IMG/VR virus record: IMGVR_UViG_3300005805_000056
Span: 1 to 64,000 of that record
DNA: 64,000 bases
Direction: 5' to 3' (one strand)
DNA from: a virus
Shown: positions 36,419-46,871 of the stretch, one piece after another
How positions within the stretch are numbered: position 1 is the stretch's first letter
How the letters are laid out: every line of letters starts with the position of its first letter
The notes under the pieces: model-generated
Databases searched by the model: none
Told to the model about the DNA's origin: nothing
Seen by the model: the letters and a program-made list of their open reading frames with translations, nothing else
Program-made: the position numbers and the translations under genes

Positions 36419-39280
36419 GTGACGACAGCAGCCGCTCAAGCACAAGCACTAGCCAACGGGTTGGCCCAATCAAGTAAGTCAATAGCTGACAGTACAAAGG
36501 TTACTAGTCAGTACTTTGACTCTTTTGTCAAGCGCATCAAGGAAGCTGATGCGGTTTTCAACAGTGGTCAGATGTCTAAGACTCTGAAGGCAATCACTGG
36601 TGATGCTAGAACCGCTGATCAAGCCAGAGTGGCAGTTAGTCGTCTGTCCAACGAATACCGTCAGCTTCAAGCCTCAGTGACAGGTGGGTTGGGCACTGCC
36701 ATCACCGAGATTGGAAATGCCTTGGCCCAAGCTACAGCCGCTGGTATTCCTCTAGGCATATCTCAAATCAATGACGAGCTTACCCGGCTAAATGAGATTG
36801 CTGGACAGTCTGCTTTGTCTGGTGCAGTTTCTCAAGCCTTCAAGCTTAAGACTCTGATCACGTCAGCTCTCACTGACACCAGTGATTCAGCTGGTCAGAA
36901 GATCAAGAATATCGCGGCTGGCACCCTTAAAAACTTTGAGTCCTACGAGACAGGCCTCAATGCATTGAGCATTACCATCAGCGCGGATGCTCAAACCATA
37001 GCCACTGACATCAAGAAGTTGTCCGACACCATCAGAACCACTCAAGCATCTGATGTTGAGAATCTTCGAGCCATGTTGCTCAATCTTGGCGCTCTTCAAG
37101 AGAGCTTCCAAGCTGAGATGGACAAGAGCAAGACTGTTGTCACCCAGTTCACCAGCCAAGCTGATTTGGTTGCGGCAAGTCTGCAACGCATACGAAATGC
37201 TGACCCAACAGGAGCACTCACTTCGACAATATCTGCATTTGAGGACTTAGTACAGAGGGCCAGGGATACATCTAAACAACTTCTTACAAATGTTGCTGAA
37301 GACAGATTTAAGCAACTGCGTGACATCAGTTTCAGACTTATTGGTGAGATCAAGGACTCGTTGTTTGGCCAGTTGTATGGTCTTGTAAAGACACAGCTTG
37401 ACGCCTTTCAGAAAGGCTTTGAAACGTTTGCCAGCAACATTGGCACACGCAGTGTTCTCTTCGCTCAAGGTTTGAAAGCTGCCTTTCAAGGTGGTGGCAC
37501 AGTGGCTACCACTGTTGAAGCCATGGCCACACTCGGCAGACTCAATTTCAAGGCTGGAACGGACGAGTTAACCACATCTGCAGCCATGGCCGTGAAGATG
37601 GCTGAGGCTCTTGGAATCAGTGGTGACAATGCTGCACACCTGGTCTTCTACACCAAGCAAGCTGGTGTGGATCTGGTTCAGATGGGTGACACACTGGCCA
37701 CCATTCGTGAGAACACTCGTCTCACAGCTGATGAGTTTGGCCGATTCACTAAGGACCTGGGCGAAGCCCTGATGATCATGGGCAACATCAGCAACTATGC
37801 CCAAGTGATCAAGAGCACACTAAAGATTGATGATGCTCTTCGTCAATTCACTGGCATGTCTGGTGACTACGTCCAGTTTTTCAAGCGCATGGCCACAACG
37901 ACTGAGGGCATGCAGACAGCCATGGCGTTGGGCATCAATCCTGAGAATCTTGGCAACGACACTGAGCAGAGACGATTCATCGCCAGCATGGGTGCCTATG
38001 TGGACCAGCTGACAAAGAATCAGCCAATGCTCCAGCAGATTGCTATACTCGAGGATCTTTCAGTTCAAACTGGCCTGTCTGTGGTGTCACTTCGTAATCT
38101 GTCTAAGGCCGCTGCAGAGTTGAACTCTCGTACAGAGGATTCTATATCGTTAGATCAACGATATGCCAACGAAGTAGCAAACCTTGGAAAGTCTGTTTCA
38201 TCCATATCTGAGAGCCTCCAGAAGCTGCTATCCGCTGGAATGTGGCCATTTGTTGCTGTGCTTTCACAGGTGGCTGGTGGTGTTGCTTGGCTGCTTGAAA
38301 AACTCAGAGGTCTTCCGTTGGTGTTTGAGACACTCGCCGTTGTTGGTGGTGTTGTGGCCGTGGGTGCTTTAGGACTACTAATCAACAGCATCAAGCAGTT
38401 GGCCATAGTTGCTCCTATTGCCATGGCTGGACTTCGGGCCTTAAATGCTCAACTACTGGCCACTAGCACTGGAGCAGCTGTTTCAGGAGCTATGTCAGCT
38501 GCGGGTGCTGGAGCTGGCGCAGCAGGTGCTGCGGCCTCCACAGGCATAGGGGCCATGCTAATGAATTTTCTGGTTAACCCTCTTAAGGTAGTTTTCGTGC
38601 CTGTGGCCAAAGCCTTACTAGCCTTAGTCAATCCTCTTACACTAGTTGCTGCTGCACTAACCTTAGCTGCGGGTGGAATCTACAAGCTTGTAACTGGAAG
38701 AAATCCTGTATCAGATTTAAGAGACGTAATTTCTCAAGGTAGAGAAAATGATGAAGCCAGAGGCCGTGATGCTGAATCAATCCGAAAGGCCATTTTACGT
38801 CGCACATCTGAAGCGCGTGGCGCCTCAATAAGCACTGCTGAAGGATTAACTGACGCTGAAAGGTTGAAGTCAATCACTGTTGAAGGTGCTGGTGGTCGTT
38901 CAACAAGTTTTGGCCAGATGCTTGCCACTCGTGAAAAAGACATTGCTGAAATGATGAGTGGAGCGAGTGGCGCTCAAACCATATCTGCCGCTCAAGCCGC
39001 TGAGTTCAAGAGTGAGTTGGCTCAACGTGATGTTATCTACCTTAGAAATGCTATTGCAGCTAAGGAAAGCCAGCTTGTCACTGAGAGTCGTCCTCCTTCT
39101 AAGAATGAGACTGATCAGTTGGCCTTGCTAACTGAAATGGTTAAGTATCTGGAGAGACAAGTATCGATTTCACAGAATCAAGCTGATGATGCTCGTAAGC
39201 AACAAGACGAACGTGACCTCTATGAGCAGATGCAGCGAATCCAGAGGTACGGTGACTACTCCACACAATCTGCTTTTTAA
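36419..39280 (+). CDS. Tail tape measure protein
   Basis: 953 aa, Ala-rich helical with central hydrophobic/GA-rich segments; followed by tube-initiator-like gene. Confidence 0.75.
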   Translation: MTTAAAQAQALANGLAQSSKSIADSTKVTSQYFDSFVKRIKEADAVFNSGQMSKTLKAITGDARTADQARVAVSRLSNEYRQLQASVTGGLGTAITEIGNALAQATAAGIPLGISQINDELTRLNEIAGQSALSGAVSQAFKLKTLITSALTDTSDSAGQKIKNIAAGTLKNFESYETGLNALSITISADAQTIATDIKKLSDTIRTTQASDVENLRAMLLNLGALQESFQAEMDKSKTVVTQFTSQADLVAASLQRIRNADPTGALTSTISAFEDLVQRARDTSKQLLTNVAEDRFKQLRDISFRLIGEIKDSLFGQLYGLVKTQLDAFQKGFETFASNIGTRSVLFAQGLKAAFQGGGTVATTVEAMATLGRLNFKAGTDELTTSAAMAVKMAEALGISGDNAAHLVFYTKQAGVDLVQMGDTLATIRENTRLTADEFGRFTKDLGEALMIMGNISNYAQVIKSTLKIDDALRQFTGMSGDYVQFFKRMATTTEGMQTAMALGINPENLGNDTEQRRFIASMGAYVDQLTKNQPMLQQIAILEDLSVQTGLSVVSLRNLSKAAAELNSRTEDSISLDQRYANEVANLGKSVSSISESLQKLLSAGMWPFVAVLSQVAGGVAWLLEKLRGLPLVFETLAVVGGVVAVGALGLLINSIKQLAIVAPIAMAGLRALNAQLLATSTGAAVSGAMSAAGAGAGAAGAAASTGIGAMLMNFLVNPLKVVFVPVAKALLALVNPLTLVAAALTLAAGGIYKLVTGRNPVSDLRDVISQGRENDEARGRDAESIRKAILRRTSEARGASISTAEGLTDAERLKSITVEGAGGRSTSFGQMLATREKDIAEMMSGASGAQTISAAQAAEFKSELAQRDVIYLRNAIAAKESQLVTESRPPSKNETDQLALLTEMVKYLERQVSISQNQADDARKQQDERDLYEQMQRIQRYGDYSTQSAF

Positions 39281-39283
39281 GAT

Positions 39284-40285
39284 ATGCCCGCACAATACCC
39301 CATAAGCCAGAAACAAGGCTACATCAGCCCTCCGGTCAACACGCAACGACCGTTGGACAGACGCCCATCTGTTCTTGGTCGTCTTGTCTCACTGGGCTCT
39401 ACATACAATGGCGTGGCTGACTACTTGACGAGTAATCGAAGCAACGAGGCTTCATCGTCAACGGTTATCAACTTTCCATCGATGCCTGAGATCGTGGAGT
39501 TGGCCAGAGAGGCTGACTACCGTCAAACTTCAGCTCCATACACTCCTGACGGCATACACCTCTACAAGAAAACCAATCCTCTAAAGATTCCAATCTCATT
39601 TTCACTACACTACCAGGATCCATTCTGTAGTAAAGGTGGACTGTCTTTGCTGCTAATGTCAGCCAAGCTTCATTCACTTTTGTTGCCAATAAACAACAGC
39701 GCTGATCGCTCCAACATATCTGTTACTGTTGGAAACTACTATAACTCTGCGGCTTCTGGCACAACTCATTCTGGTGGAGCTCCAAATCCACCAAAGGATT
39801 CATCAGCTGTTGGCACTCCAGCGTCAGTGGGCCAAGATGAATCGATTGCTTTTAATGGCAATGCTGGTCAAGCCACAACTGTGTTTCCTCCAGCTTGTCT
39901 ATTAGACTTGATATCGGTTGGTGATCGTAATGGAGCCCCTGGAATTCGGTGCTACGGCTATGTCAACAGTGTCAGTGTTAAGCTTAAAGGCCCATGGATG
40001 AGAGGTGCTGTGGAATATGGGCCAAATGGAATCAGAAACGTCCCAACATCTGCGGACTTTTCATTCATTTTCGTACATGCTCCAGGCTTCTCAAACTACT
40101 TTGGTGGAGCTGCCACATCTCCATTCCAGCTCAGTGGTCTCAGTGCTTTTGCCCAAGACGTGCTAGGAAACCTCTACAACACTGTTCCTCTAACTGAAGG
40201 TCAGCCACAACTCAACCGATATGTGGGCATTGGTGAGAATCCTAACAATCTCAATCAAAACACTGTGAGCAACCAGGGCATTTAG
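39284..40285 (+). CDS. Putative tail tube initiator/baseplate protein
   Basis: NFPSMPEIV..READY, IPISFSL, PPACLL, CYGYVNSVSVK..GPW, VPTSADFSFIF pattern of tube-fold baseplate proteins. Confidence 0.55.
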   Translation: MPAQYPISQKQGYISPPVNTQRPLDRRPSVLGRLVSLGSTYNGVADYLTSNRSNEASSSTVINFPSMPEIVELAREADYRQTSAPYTPDGIHLYKKTNPLKIPISFSLHYQDPFCSKGGLSLLLMSAKLHSLLLPINNSADRSNISVTVGNYYNSAASGTTHSGGAPNPPKDSSAVGTPASVGQDESIAFNGNAGQATTVFPPACLLDLISVGDRNGAPGIRCYGYVNSVSVKLKGPWMRGAVEYGPNGIRNVPTSADFSFIFVHAPGFSNYFGGAATSPFQLSGLSAFAQDVLGNLYNTVPLTEGQPQLNRYVGIGENPNNLNQNTVSNQGI

Positions 40286-42219
40286 ACCCACGAGAAGGTT
40301 GTGACACCTTCCTTGCTTTTCGTGGCTCTAAGGACATGATCAGCATAGGCTGAGACTTCTGGGTGGTGATCAACCACAAAGATCAAGATTCCTAGTCTAT
40401 TCGCAGTCTCTTTGAGATATGACAGTATGCACTTGCGAACCTTGGGATCCTGTGAGTTGACCACTTCATCATACCAGCGAAATCCAATACGAGAGGAAAC
40501 TCGTCCAACTTCAGTAATGGTCTCAGCCACGATGAGGTTGGTTAGGCCACTCTCACCTTTTGAGTTGCCTGTTACTCTGGAAGCTCCTCGTGAATTCTTC
40601 ACCTTGATGTTCAGGCAGTTTTTCTCAGCTCCACTGGTCAACTCTTTGGTTGTCTCATAGGAGATGCCCAGGGTGCCACCAGACATCCGGTGTGACAACG
40701 CCATGGACACTTGATTCAGTGGATCCACTGACCTGGAAAGTACCATGTTTGGTATGCCAGAACTGTTGAAAGCCCCAGACCAATATTCCACTACCTTGCA
40801 GAGCTCTTGATTCTCCTCTAGTTCAGCTGTCACATTGACTAGCTTTTCTTCGTACTCAATTAGACTGCTCTGCTTGGAGTCTAGCACACTTTGGGCCTTG
40901 ACCACATTAGCATCAGAGGGTCCCTTGCTGAGCATGGCTACCTGAACGCTTAGGGCCGTGCACTCCTGAGTGGCCTTGGCATCCAGCTTGTCCAAGCCAT
41001 CAAGCTCCGTTGAGAAGCCTCTGACCTGGTCTTTTACATTGAGCTGGCGCTGCTTCTGCTGGTTCTCATTGATCTCATCCTGTTTGGCATCTTCACGGGC
41101 CCTGATCTCGGCAACTTGGCCCCTAAGATTCTTGAGCTTTTCAATGGCCTCACTCAGCCGATTCTCAGCCTTTTCAATGTCAGACTCAGATGGTCCCTTG
41201 TCCCATGGCTTCTTACAAGTGGGACACTCCCTGGGCTTGAGTCGCAGACTCTTCAGGTCCAGATCGGCCTTGTAGTGCTCATTGCTGGCTTGATTCTCAA
41301 GCTGAGCTATGGGTTTCATCTCAGCAGAGATCTTGAGTTTCTCGGCCCTCAGTTTCATATCCTCTGCTTCTAGGGCCTTGTTTTGTTCAGCCAGGTCATC
41401 CTCGATCTTCTTGATTTGGGCCTTGATGGACTTACGCCTCTTGGCTCTCTCATCAATCTGGCCTTTGACCGTCTCAAGCTTAGACTGGGCTTCAGTCAAC
41501 TGTTGGGCCATGACTTTGGCTTGGTTTTCAAAGGTCTCCCGTTCACGCTCCAAATTCTCACCAGCCTTAACGATGCCTTGCTTTGTGGTATCAATCATCT
41601 CAAGCATGGTCTCTTTGGAGGACTTTTTGGCTGCTACGTCACTCTTAAGCTCATTCAGTGTCTTCTTCGCTTTCTCATAATATGAAGCCCATGATGGCTG
41701 ACCCAACGCAGCCATCATTAGTTCAACTGCTTGAGTTTGTGAGAGTGAGCTGAAGTCTAGATTGTCTCCGTCAATATAGACAGACCATTTTGCAACCTCT
41801 GGAGTGATGCCGAGAGTCTGGCTCAACTCATTTCTAGTGAGATCCACATGGGATCTTGAAATGACTGTGTCACCTGTCTTAAAACGAAGGCCTTCACCCG
41901 TCTTGGACAGGTCTTTGAACTTGTAGCCCATCTCAATCACCAGGCCTTTGTCTTGGAAAGACCCCTCAACCCTGACCAACGTATTGCCTTTCTCATTCGT
42001 GCTATAATGGCCTAGGGAGGAGTATCTACCCCGGATTCCACAGACAGCAATGCTAAGTGCCTCACCAAGACTTGTTTTTCCAGAGCCTATGGATTCAAAT
42101 TGACTGGACTCATCGACACCTGAGACGAATACCAATCCTTGGTCTGGGAACTCAATCTCTTGGTCACGGATCGTCATCCAATTCTTAAGTTGGATTTTCC
42201 GAAGCTTGAACTGTGACAT
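40282..42219 (-). CDS. Rad50/SbcC-like recombination ATPase (T4 gp46-like)
   Basis: LKNWMT, GSGKTS Walker A, coiled coils with CPTC zinc hook, NSKGE signature, WYDEV Walker B, VVDH. Confidence 0.9.
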   Translation of the reverse strand: MSQFKLRKIQLKNWMTIRDQEIEFPDQGLVFVSGVDESSQFESIGSGKTSLGEALSIAVCGIRGRYSSLGHYSTNEKGNTLVRVEGSFQDKGLVIEMGYKFKDLSKTGEGLRFKTGDTVISRSHVDLTRNELSQTLGITPEVAKWSVYIDGDNLDFSSLSQTQAVELMMAALGQPSWASYYEKAKKTLNELKSDVAAKKSSKETMLEMIDTTKQGIVKAGENLERERETFENQAKVMAQQLTEAQSKLETVKGQIDERAKRRKSIKAQIKKIEDDLAEQNKALEAEDMKLRAEKLKISAEMKPIAQLENQASNEHYKADLDLKSLRLKPRECPTCKKPWDKGPSESDIEKAENRLSEAIEKLKNLRGQVAEIRAREDAKQDEINENQQKQRQLNVKDQVRGFSTELDGLDKLDAKATQECTALSVQVAMLSKGPSDANVVKAQSVLDSKQSSLIEYEEKLVNVTAELEENQELCKVVEYWSGAFNSSGIPNMVLSRSVDPLNQVSMALSHRMSGGTLGISYETTKELTSGAEKNCLNIKVKNSRGASRVTGNSKGESGLTNLIVAETITEVGRVSSRIGFRWYDEVVNSQDPKVRKCILSYLKETANRLGILIFVVDHHPEVSAYADHVLRATKSKEGVTTFSWV

Positions 42220-42220
42220 C

Positions 42221-42227
42221 GTAGTTA
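42221..42227 (+). promoter_or_regulatory. Putative late promoter GTAGTTA
   Basis: In a very short divergent gap; ATG at 42230/42233. Confidence 0.6.
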
Positions 42228-42232
42228 GTATG

Positions 42233-42919
42233 ATGTTTTGTAGAACACCATTGATGGAGTCGGTGCCGTATGGGACTGTCTTTTTGACAGCAGGCCAGCA
42301 CTATATCGATGGAGGAAGCTTCTACTCACCCATGGACTTAGACAGGTCTCTTGAGGCTTTTGTCGATGATTTGAGCAGTGGAAGTGACGTTCGTATTACC
42401 CACTCTCCAAAAGATCTCGTGGACCAACTTGTGAAAAAGCATGGCCTAGTCATCGTCCACAAGAGTTCGTCCATGACCAAACCTGCGTCGAAGACTCTGA
42501 AGCTAGATGGAACTGACTACGTCTATCAGATCAATGGTGTTGATGGCGATTTCGACTTTAATCAGATACGCTCCTATGTGACGAGAGGGGTGATTAAGTT
42601 CGACACAGGGATAAGAGTACTTGACGCTGAATACAAGCAGCTATCTGACTATGTTCCAGCGTCTAAAATATCGTCCATACGACCACTCTTCTCCACACTT
42701 GTCGAACCACCATCTGAAATAGCAGATGCTAAGCCGTCTGTGGTAATAGTGGCTGCCAATCCAGCCTCTGTGCGGGCCTTAAAAGGTCAGATCGAGAACT
42801 ATTTTGATATCCAACCTGAAGACACTGTGCTCTATGGTCAAAGTCTTGACCAAGTGGCAGGTGAAAGAGGAGTGGTAAAAACCTTCAAAGACATTGAAAA
42901 ACAGCCTAAAAGAGCATAA
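42233..42919 (+). CDS. Hypothetical protein
   Basis: ~228 aa; start chosen by promoter spacing; PLME-S near N-terminus. Confidence 0.6.
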   Translation: MFCRTPLMESVPYGTVFLTAGQHYIDGGSFYSPMDLDRSLEAFVDDLSSGSDVRITHSPKDLVDQLVKKHGLVIVHKSSSMTKPASKTLKLDGTDYVYQINGVDGDFDFNQIRSYVTRGVIKFDTGIRVLDAEYKQLSDYVPASKISSIRPLFSTLVEPPSEIADAKPSVVIVAANPASVRALKGQIENYFDIQPEDTVLYGQSLDQVAGERGVVKTFKDIEKQPKRA

Positions 42920-42923
42920 GCAC

Positions 42924-44066
42924 GTGGCGAAAGGATGTCTTTGTGAGGCTTTGAGCTTTGCCCAGCTCTTCAACCTCTCAGAGCCAAAAAGAATCGTCAG
43001 GTCAAATACTGTAAAAGGCCCACCTCTGGATGTGAAGGCCTTTGATGATGCGCAGTACCACATCTTCAACTTTAAGTCTAACCCATCTACCACGGGTTTA
43101 CGTCATCACGGCTACATAAAATTCAATAAGCCAAAGAAGACAGAGGCTCTAACAGAGATACCCTGTTTAGTGGATTGCACGTGTCAAGACTATCGATACA
43201 GATGGGCATGGACAAATAAGCAAAGAGGAGCCAGCAAGGTAGGAGCCGGCTCGATGAATCAGGCCCTTAACAGGGCCCCAAGAATCACAAACCCAACAAA
43301 CAGACCAGGTCTTTGTAAGCATATTTTGGCCTTAAAAAATTACCTTCAGGGTTTGATGTGGGATTTGCCAAAAACAGGAATCAAGACACCAGATGGTGTG
43401 CTATCGAATCTTGTTACCTACGCTAATAATCGTTGGACTAATCTGCCACAGCAGATGGCTGCGGCTAGGGCCAGAGATGCAAGATTTGCTGCAGCCAAGG
43501 CGTCCTCTAGAGCTGGTCAACCTCAGCCTAACGCTGATGAGTTACCTGGCATACCAGCTACCGAGGAGCCGCAAGCCTCAGAATTGCCACAACCACCTGA
43601 GAGTGAGCAACCTGAGATGCCTGAAAACATTGAACAGGCCCAAAAAATTAAGCCACCAGCCATCAATCTTAAACCCGAAAAGGGTCGTCCCAATGAGTCT
43701 ATGAATCGAGTAATGGTAGATAGTTTGTGCAATATGAGATCTCTAACTGAGGAGCTTTCAATAATCGGTCAGCTAATTGAGGACGCTGAGGCCCAAACAC
43801 CTCCTACAGAAGGTGAAGCCGCCCACTCAAATGCTCTTGACTTGCTTAAGAGCATTGACAGTGGAATCAAGTCCTTGAACACTGGCATTCAAGCTCTGTC
43901 TGCTGAGATGAAGCCAGAAGCTGATGTGGCCAAGGAAGAGGAAGGCACAGAGGCTGAAGAGGAAGCTACGGCTGGAGCTGAGGAAGCTGGCGCGGTGGCG
44001 AACCAGGCCGATGATGTTGCAAATCTTGAACAGGAACTTCAGAAGCTTGGAGTGCCACAACAATAA
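42924..44066 (+). CDS. SWIM-type zinc finger protein with acidic C-terminal tail
   Basis: CTCQDYRYRW...NPTNRPGLCKHI (CxC...CxH). Confidence 0.7.
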   Translation: MAKGCLCEALSFAQLFNLSEPKRIVRSNTVKGPPLDVKAFDDAQYHIFNFKSNPSTTGLRHHGYIKFNKPKKTEALTEIPCLVDCTCQDYRYRWAWTNKQRGASKVGAGSMNQALNRAPRITNPTNRPGLCKHILALKNYLQGLMWDLPKTGIKTPDGVLSNLVTYANNRWTNLPQQMAAARARDARFAAAKASSRAGQPQPNADELPGIPATEEPQASELPQPPESEQPEMPENIEQAQKIKPPAINLKPEKGRPNESMNRVMVDSLCNMRSLTEELSIIGQLIEDAEAQTPPTEGEAAHSNALDLLKSIDSGIKSLNTGIQALSAEMKPEADVAKEEEGTEAEEEATAGAEEAGAVANQADDVANLEQELQKLGVPQQ

Positions 44067-44072
44067 TTCCAC

Positions 44073-44537
44073 ATGAATCCTGGAGAATATCCACAACCTT
44101 TAGCTCGTGTAGCTCCGCTAAACTTCACTGCGGTTAATGGCTATACGACACTTCGCCTTCGTAATTTGGCCATTGACAATCTGGCTCCTGAAGGTGTAAA
44201 GTCCAGACTGATTTTCCAGAATGTGGGTGATCAGACCGTTACTTTGCAGCTTAAGGGTGTTGACAATGCCTACGTCTCAAGTGGCACACGTACCAACGTT
44301 GGCTCACCAGTAACACTGGTTCCCACAGGTTTCAAGTCGTTGGACTTCACACCAACTCAGACTGTACTTGAGGTTGCTTGTACCAATGGCACAAGCACTG
44401 TGCGAGCTCAGATGGAAGCTTTGATCAACTGGGAAATCATGGCCAGCGTTAACATCAATGAGACAGGTGGAGTCAATCAGCTCTATCCTCCTTCATTTGA
44501 TCAAAGTGCTGATCAGCTTCCGTGGAACTCTCTGTGA
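44073..44537 (+). CDS. Small beta-sandwich virion protein (paralog of 59734..60087)
   Basis: FQNVGDQTVTLQLK...TLVPTG; C-terminal LPWNSL. Confidence 0.5.
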   Translation: MNPGEYPQPLARVAPLNFTAVNGYTTLRLRNLAIDNLAPEGVKSRLIFQNVGDQTVTLQLKGVDNAYVSSGTRTNVGSPVTLVPTGFKSLDFTPTQTVLEVACTNGTSTVRAQMEALINWEIMASVNINETGGVNQLYPPSFDQSADQLPWNSL

Positions 44538-44821
44538 GAGACGACATCCACAAGTTGAATTTGCCGGCTGACGCTAAGCGTTATGCCCGTCGTAGTGGGT
44601 TAAAACAGATGGGCCCCGCTGGTGTCAATCTGTTCCTGAAAGTTAATAAGCAGATCGTCAACCCCTCAAATGATGGGGTTATGAAGTCAAACGACGTATC
44701 AGCTAGCACGTCAGGTAAGCGTGGCCCTGTTCAACACCCAGGTCTTGCTGGTTCATCAATGCCCAAAGGTGGAAGAGGCCCACGACCAAATGTGACTAGT
44801 CGCATTCTAGGTCAGAAATGA
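44522..44821 (+). CDS. Basic hypothetical protein
   Basis: 99-aa K/R/G-rich ORF coupled to neighbours. Confidence 0.5.
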   Translation: MELSVRDDIHKLNLPADAKRYARRSGLKQMGPAGVNLFLKVNKQIVNPSNDGVMKSNDVSASTSGKRGPVQHPGLAGSSMPKGGRGPRPNVTSRILGQK

Positions 44822-46095
44822 TTGAAAAGGGCCAACTACAAGTTGATGGAACATTTCAGGTACAGATTGATTTGGGCCTCCAGTTTGACGGTTACCTGAC
44901 AGTTCCTGACTTGGTTCACGAACGATCAGAGATCACTCTGTCGATCAACAACACTGCTCGTCATTTACACCAGTTCACGACAGTCAATCTTTCCGTGGTG
45001 GATGTTCTGACGAAGAACTCCATTCTTCAAACAACGCCAAATGTCAAGATTCGAATTGGCGTGTCACAGGGCCAAGGAATTTTTTGGTTTCCTTGGCAAA
45101 AACACATCCTAATGTACACGGACATTATCCCATTGGGCAAGGGATATTCCATCACATTTGTAACTAACGACTTTCTGGGAGCAGCCAAGCGTCAATACAA
45201 AACACGCTTCCACAACGGCACGATACAATCCATAGTTGAGAAGATTGCCATTGATAATGGCCTAAACTATCTGGTTGAACCCACTCAGGGATCCTGGTCT
45301 TACATTCAGAGCAACCAAACTGACTCTGATTTTCTTGCCAAACTAGCTGTTAGAGCCGTGAATAATTTTGGGCACGGTGGGTTTAGGTATTTCGTGCAAG
45401 ATAATGTCTTGCACTTTCACACTTTAGACTACGTTGCTACCATACGTAATGCCAGTGTATTTGACCTTTCTGGTACTAAAGTCGTGTTGTCAAGCAGAGT
45501 TCAGGACGCTGTGGATGAAGGTGCTCCTGGAGTAAAAGTAGTTGGCATTGATCCGTATGAGGGACAGGCATACGCTTTTGAATCTGATCCTCAGAAAGTT
45601 CCAATTCATGGCAACCAATCACCAGATCTTCAGTCACTAAGTAAGCTGATTGTGGGTATTCACCCATCAGCCAATAGGTTTGATGAGTTAAAGGCCATGG
45701 CTCAGTCTGAATATGATTGGGCCAGAACTGACTTGTTAGAATGTGTGCTAACAGTTGAGAAGGGTTATCCAATTCAACTCAATGACATTATACGGGTCAC
45801 CTTAAATTCGGCGTCATCCTCTCAATCACCATGGGGTGGAACCTATACTGTGGTGGCTGTTTCTCATGTAATCACCAAAGGCACGTCTGTCTCCACCATA
45901 AAACTGCAACGTGGAGAATTTCTTATTTCTAATATCAACAGGTCTCGTCCCGCGGATTCGATATCGACCTCTAACTATGAGGCTCCAGGTCAGCCCATAG
46001 ATCTCTCTGACATATCATCCTCCTTGAGCACCAAAGGTCCTCTGGACTCATTTACAGATGGACGTTATGTCCGTGCTGTGGTGCCAACTACTTAG
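44818..46095 (+). CDS. Baseplate hub protein (gp27/P2 gpD-like)
   Basis: IVEKIAIDNGL, QSNQTDSDFLAKLA, YFVQDNVLHF, GTYTVVAVSHVI...STIKLQR. Confidence 0.8.
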   Translation: MIEKGQLQVDGTFQVQIDLGLQFDGYLTVPDLVHERSEITLSINNTARHLHQFTTVNLSVVDVLTKNSILQTTPNVKIRIGVSQGQGIFWFPWQKHILMYTDIIPLGKGYSITFVTNDFLGAAKRQYKTRFHNGTIQSIVEKIAIDNGLNYLVEPTQGSWSYIQSNQTDSDFLAKLAVRAVNNFGHGGFRYFVQDNVLHFHTLDYVATIRNASVFDLSGTKVVLSSRVQDAVDEGAPGVKVVGIDPYEGQAYAFESDPQKVPIHGNQSPDLQSLSKLIVGIHPSANRFDELKAMAQSEYDWARTDLLECVLTVEKGYPIQLNDIIRVTLNSASSSQSPWGGTYTVVAVSHVITKGTSVSTIKLQRGEFLISNINRSRPADSISTSNYEAPGQPIDLSDISSSLSTKGPLDSFTDGRYVRAVVPTT

Positions 46096-46832
46096 CCACC
46101 AATGTAGCACCCATTTCGATGGGTCTGGCGTACGAACTCCTTGGCTGAGCTTTGGTTATGCCAAGATTCCACCAGTCCATCGTTGGTGACTTCATAGGCC
46201 ACACCTTCCTTCAGTTCAATCAACGTCATGTTGTGAATGTGATTTTTTGGGAAGTGCTGCTGACGTGACGCGATCAATACTGCAGGGGTTAGTGTGCCAG
46301 AGTCACCAATTACCAGACCATGTGCAGCTAGCAAGCTTTGCTGGTGCCTGTAGACGAACATCTTCCACTGGCTATCGATTTGTTCAAACCAAGCCAGTCC
46401 AACGGATCCCCAAGCTGGTGAAATATCACGTTGATGAATGAGTGGCCCAAGACATTCAGAGTCAACGATTGCATCAGACTTAATCTGACGATAGTTGCTG
46501 ATCACTCCGTTGTGGACGAAGTGCACGCCATTGTTTGAGAAAGGATGAGCATTCTCATCACAGATGCGACCGTGTGTTGCGTAGCGAGTATGGCCAATGC
46601 CCATGCTATGAGTAGACATGCGATCTAGCCGATGGTTATGATTTCGAAGAGCAACACTCGCTGAGATCGCCTTCTTCCAGAGATCTAAGGTATAGTCTTC
46701 GCCACCACGTCGACCTACGTTGTCAATTGTCATCAGCCCAGTGGACATGGGCCCAGATGGTTCTGCCCTTCGGAAAAACTCACGAAGAAGTGACTTGCCA
46801 ATGTTTCCCTTCCAACCAATAATAGCACACAT
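46092..46832 (-). CDS. Class II (Ntn) glutamine amidotransferase
   Basis: MCAIIG (Cys2 nucleophile), GHTRYATHG, NAHPF, HNGVISN, VDSE. Confidence 0.9.
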   Translation of the reverse strand: MCAIIGWKGNIGKSLLREFFRRAEPSGPMSTGLMTIDNVGRRGGEDYTLDLWKKAISASVALRNHNHRLDRMSTHSMGIGHTRYATHGRICDENAHPFSNNGVHFVHNGVISNYRQIKSDAIVDSECLGPLIHQRDISPAWGSVGLAWFEQIDSQWKMFVYRHQQSLLAAHGLVIGDSGTLTPAVLIASRQQHFPKNHIHNMTLIELKEGVAYEVTNDGLVESWHNQSSAKEFVRQTHRNGCYIGG

Positions 46833-46839
46833 GATGCTG

Positions 46840-46867
46840 AGTATACCTGACTTGGAGTTTTTGTAAA
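46840..46867 (-). promoter_or_regulatory. Sigma70-type (early) promoter TTTACA-N16-TATACT
   Basis: Minus strand TTTACA (46867-46862), TATACT (46845-46840); ATG 46832. Confidence 0.7.
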
Positions 46868-46871
46868 CAAC

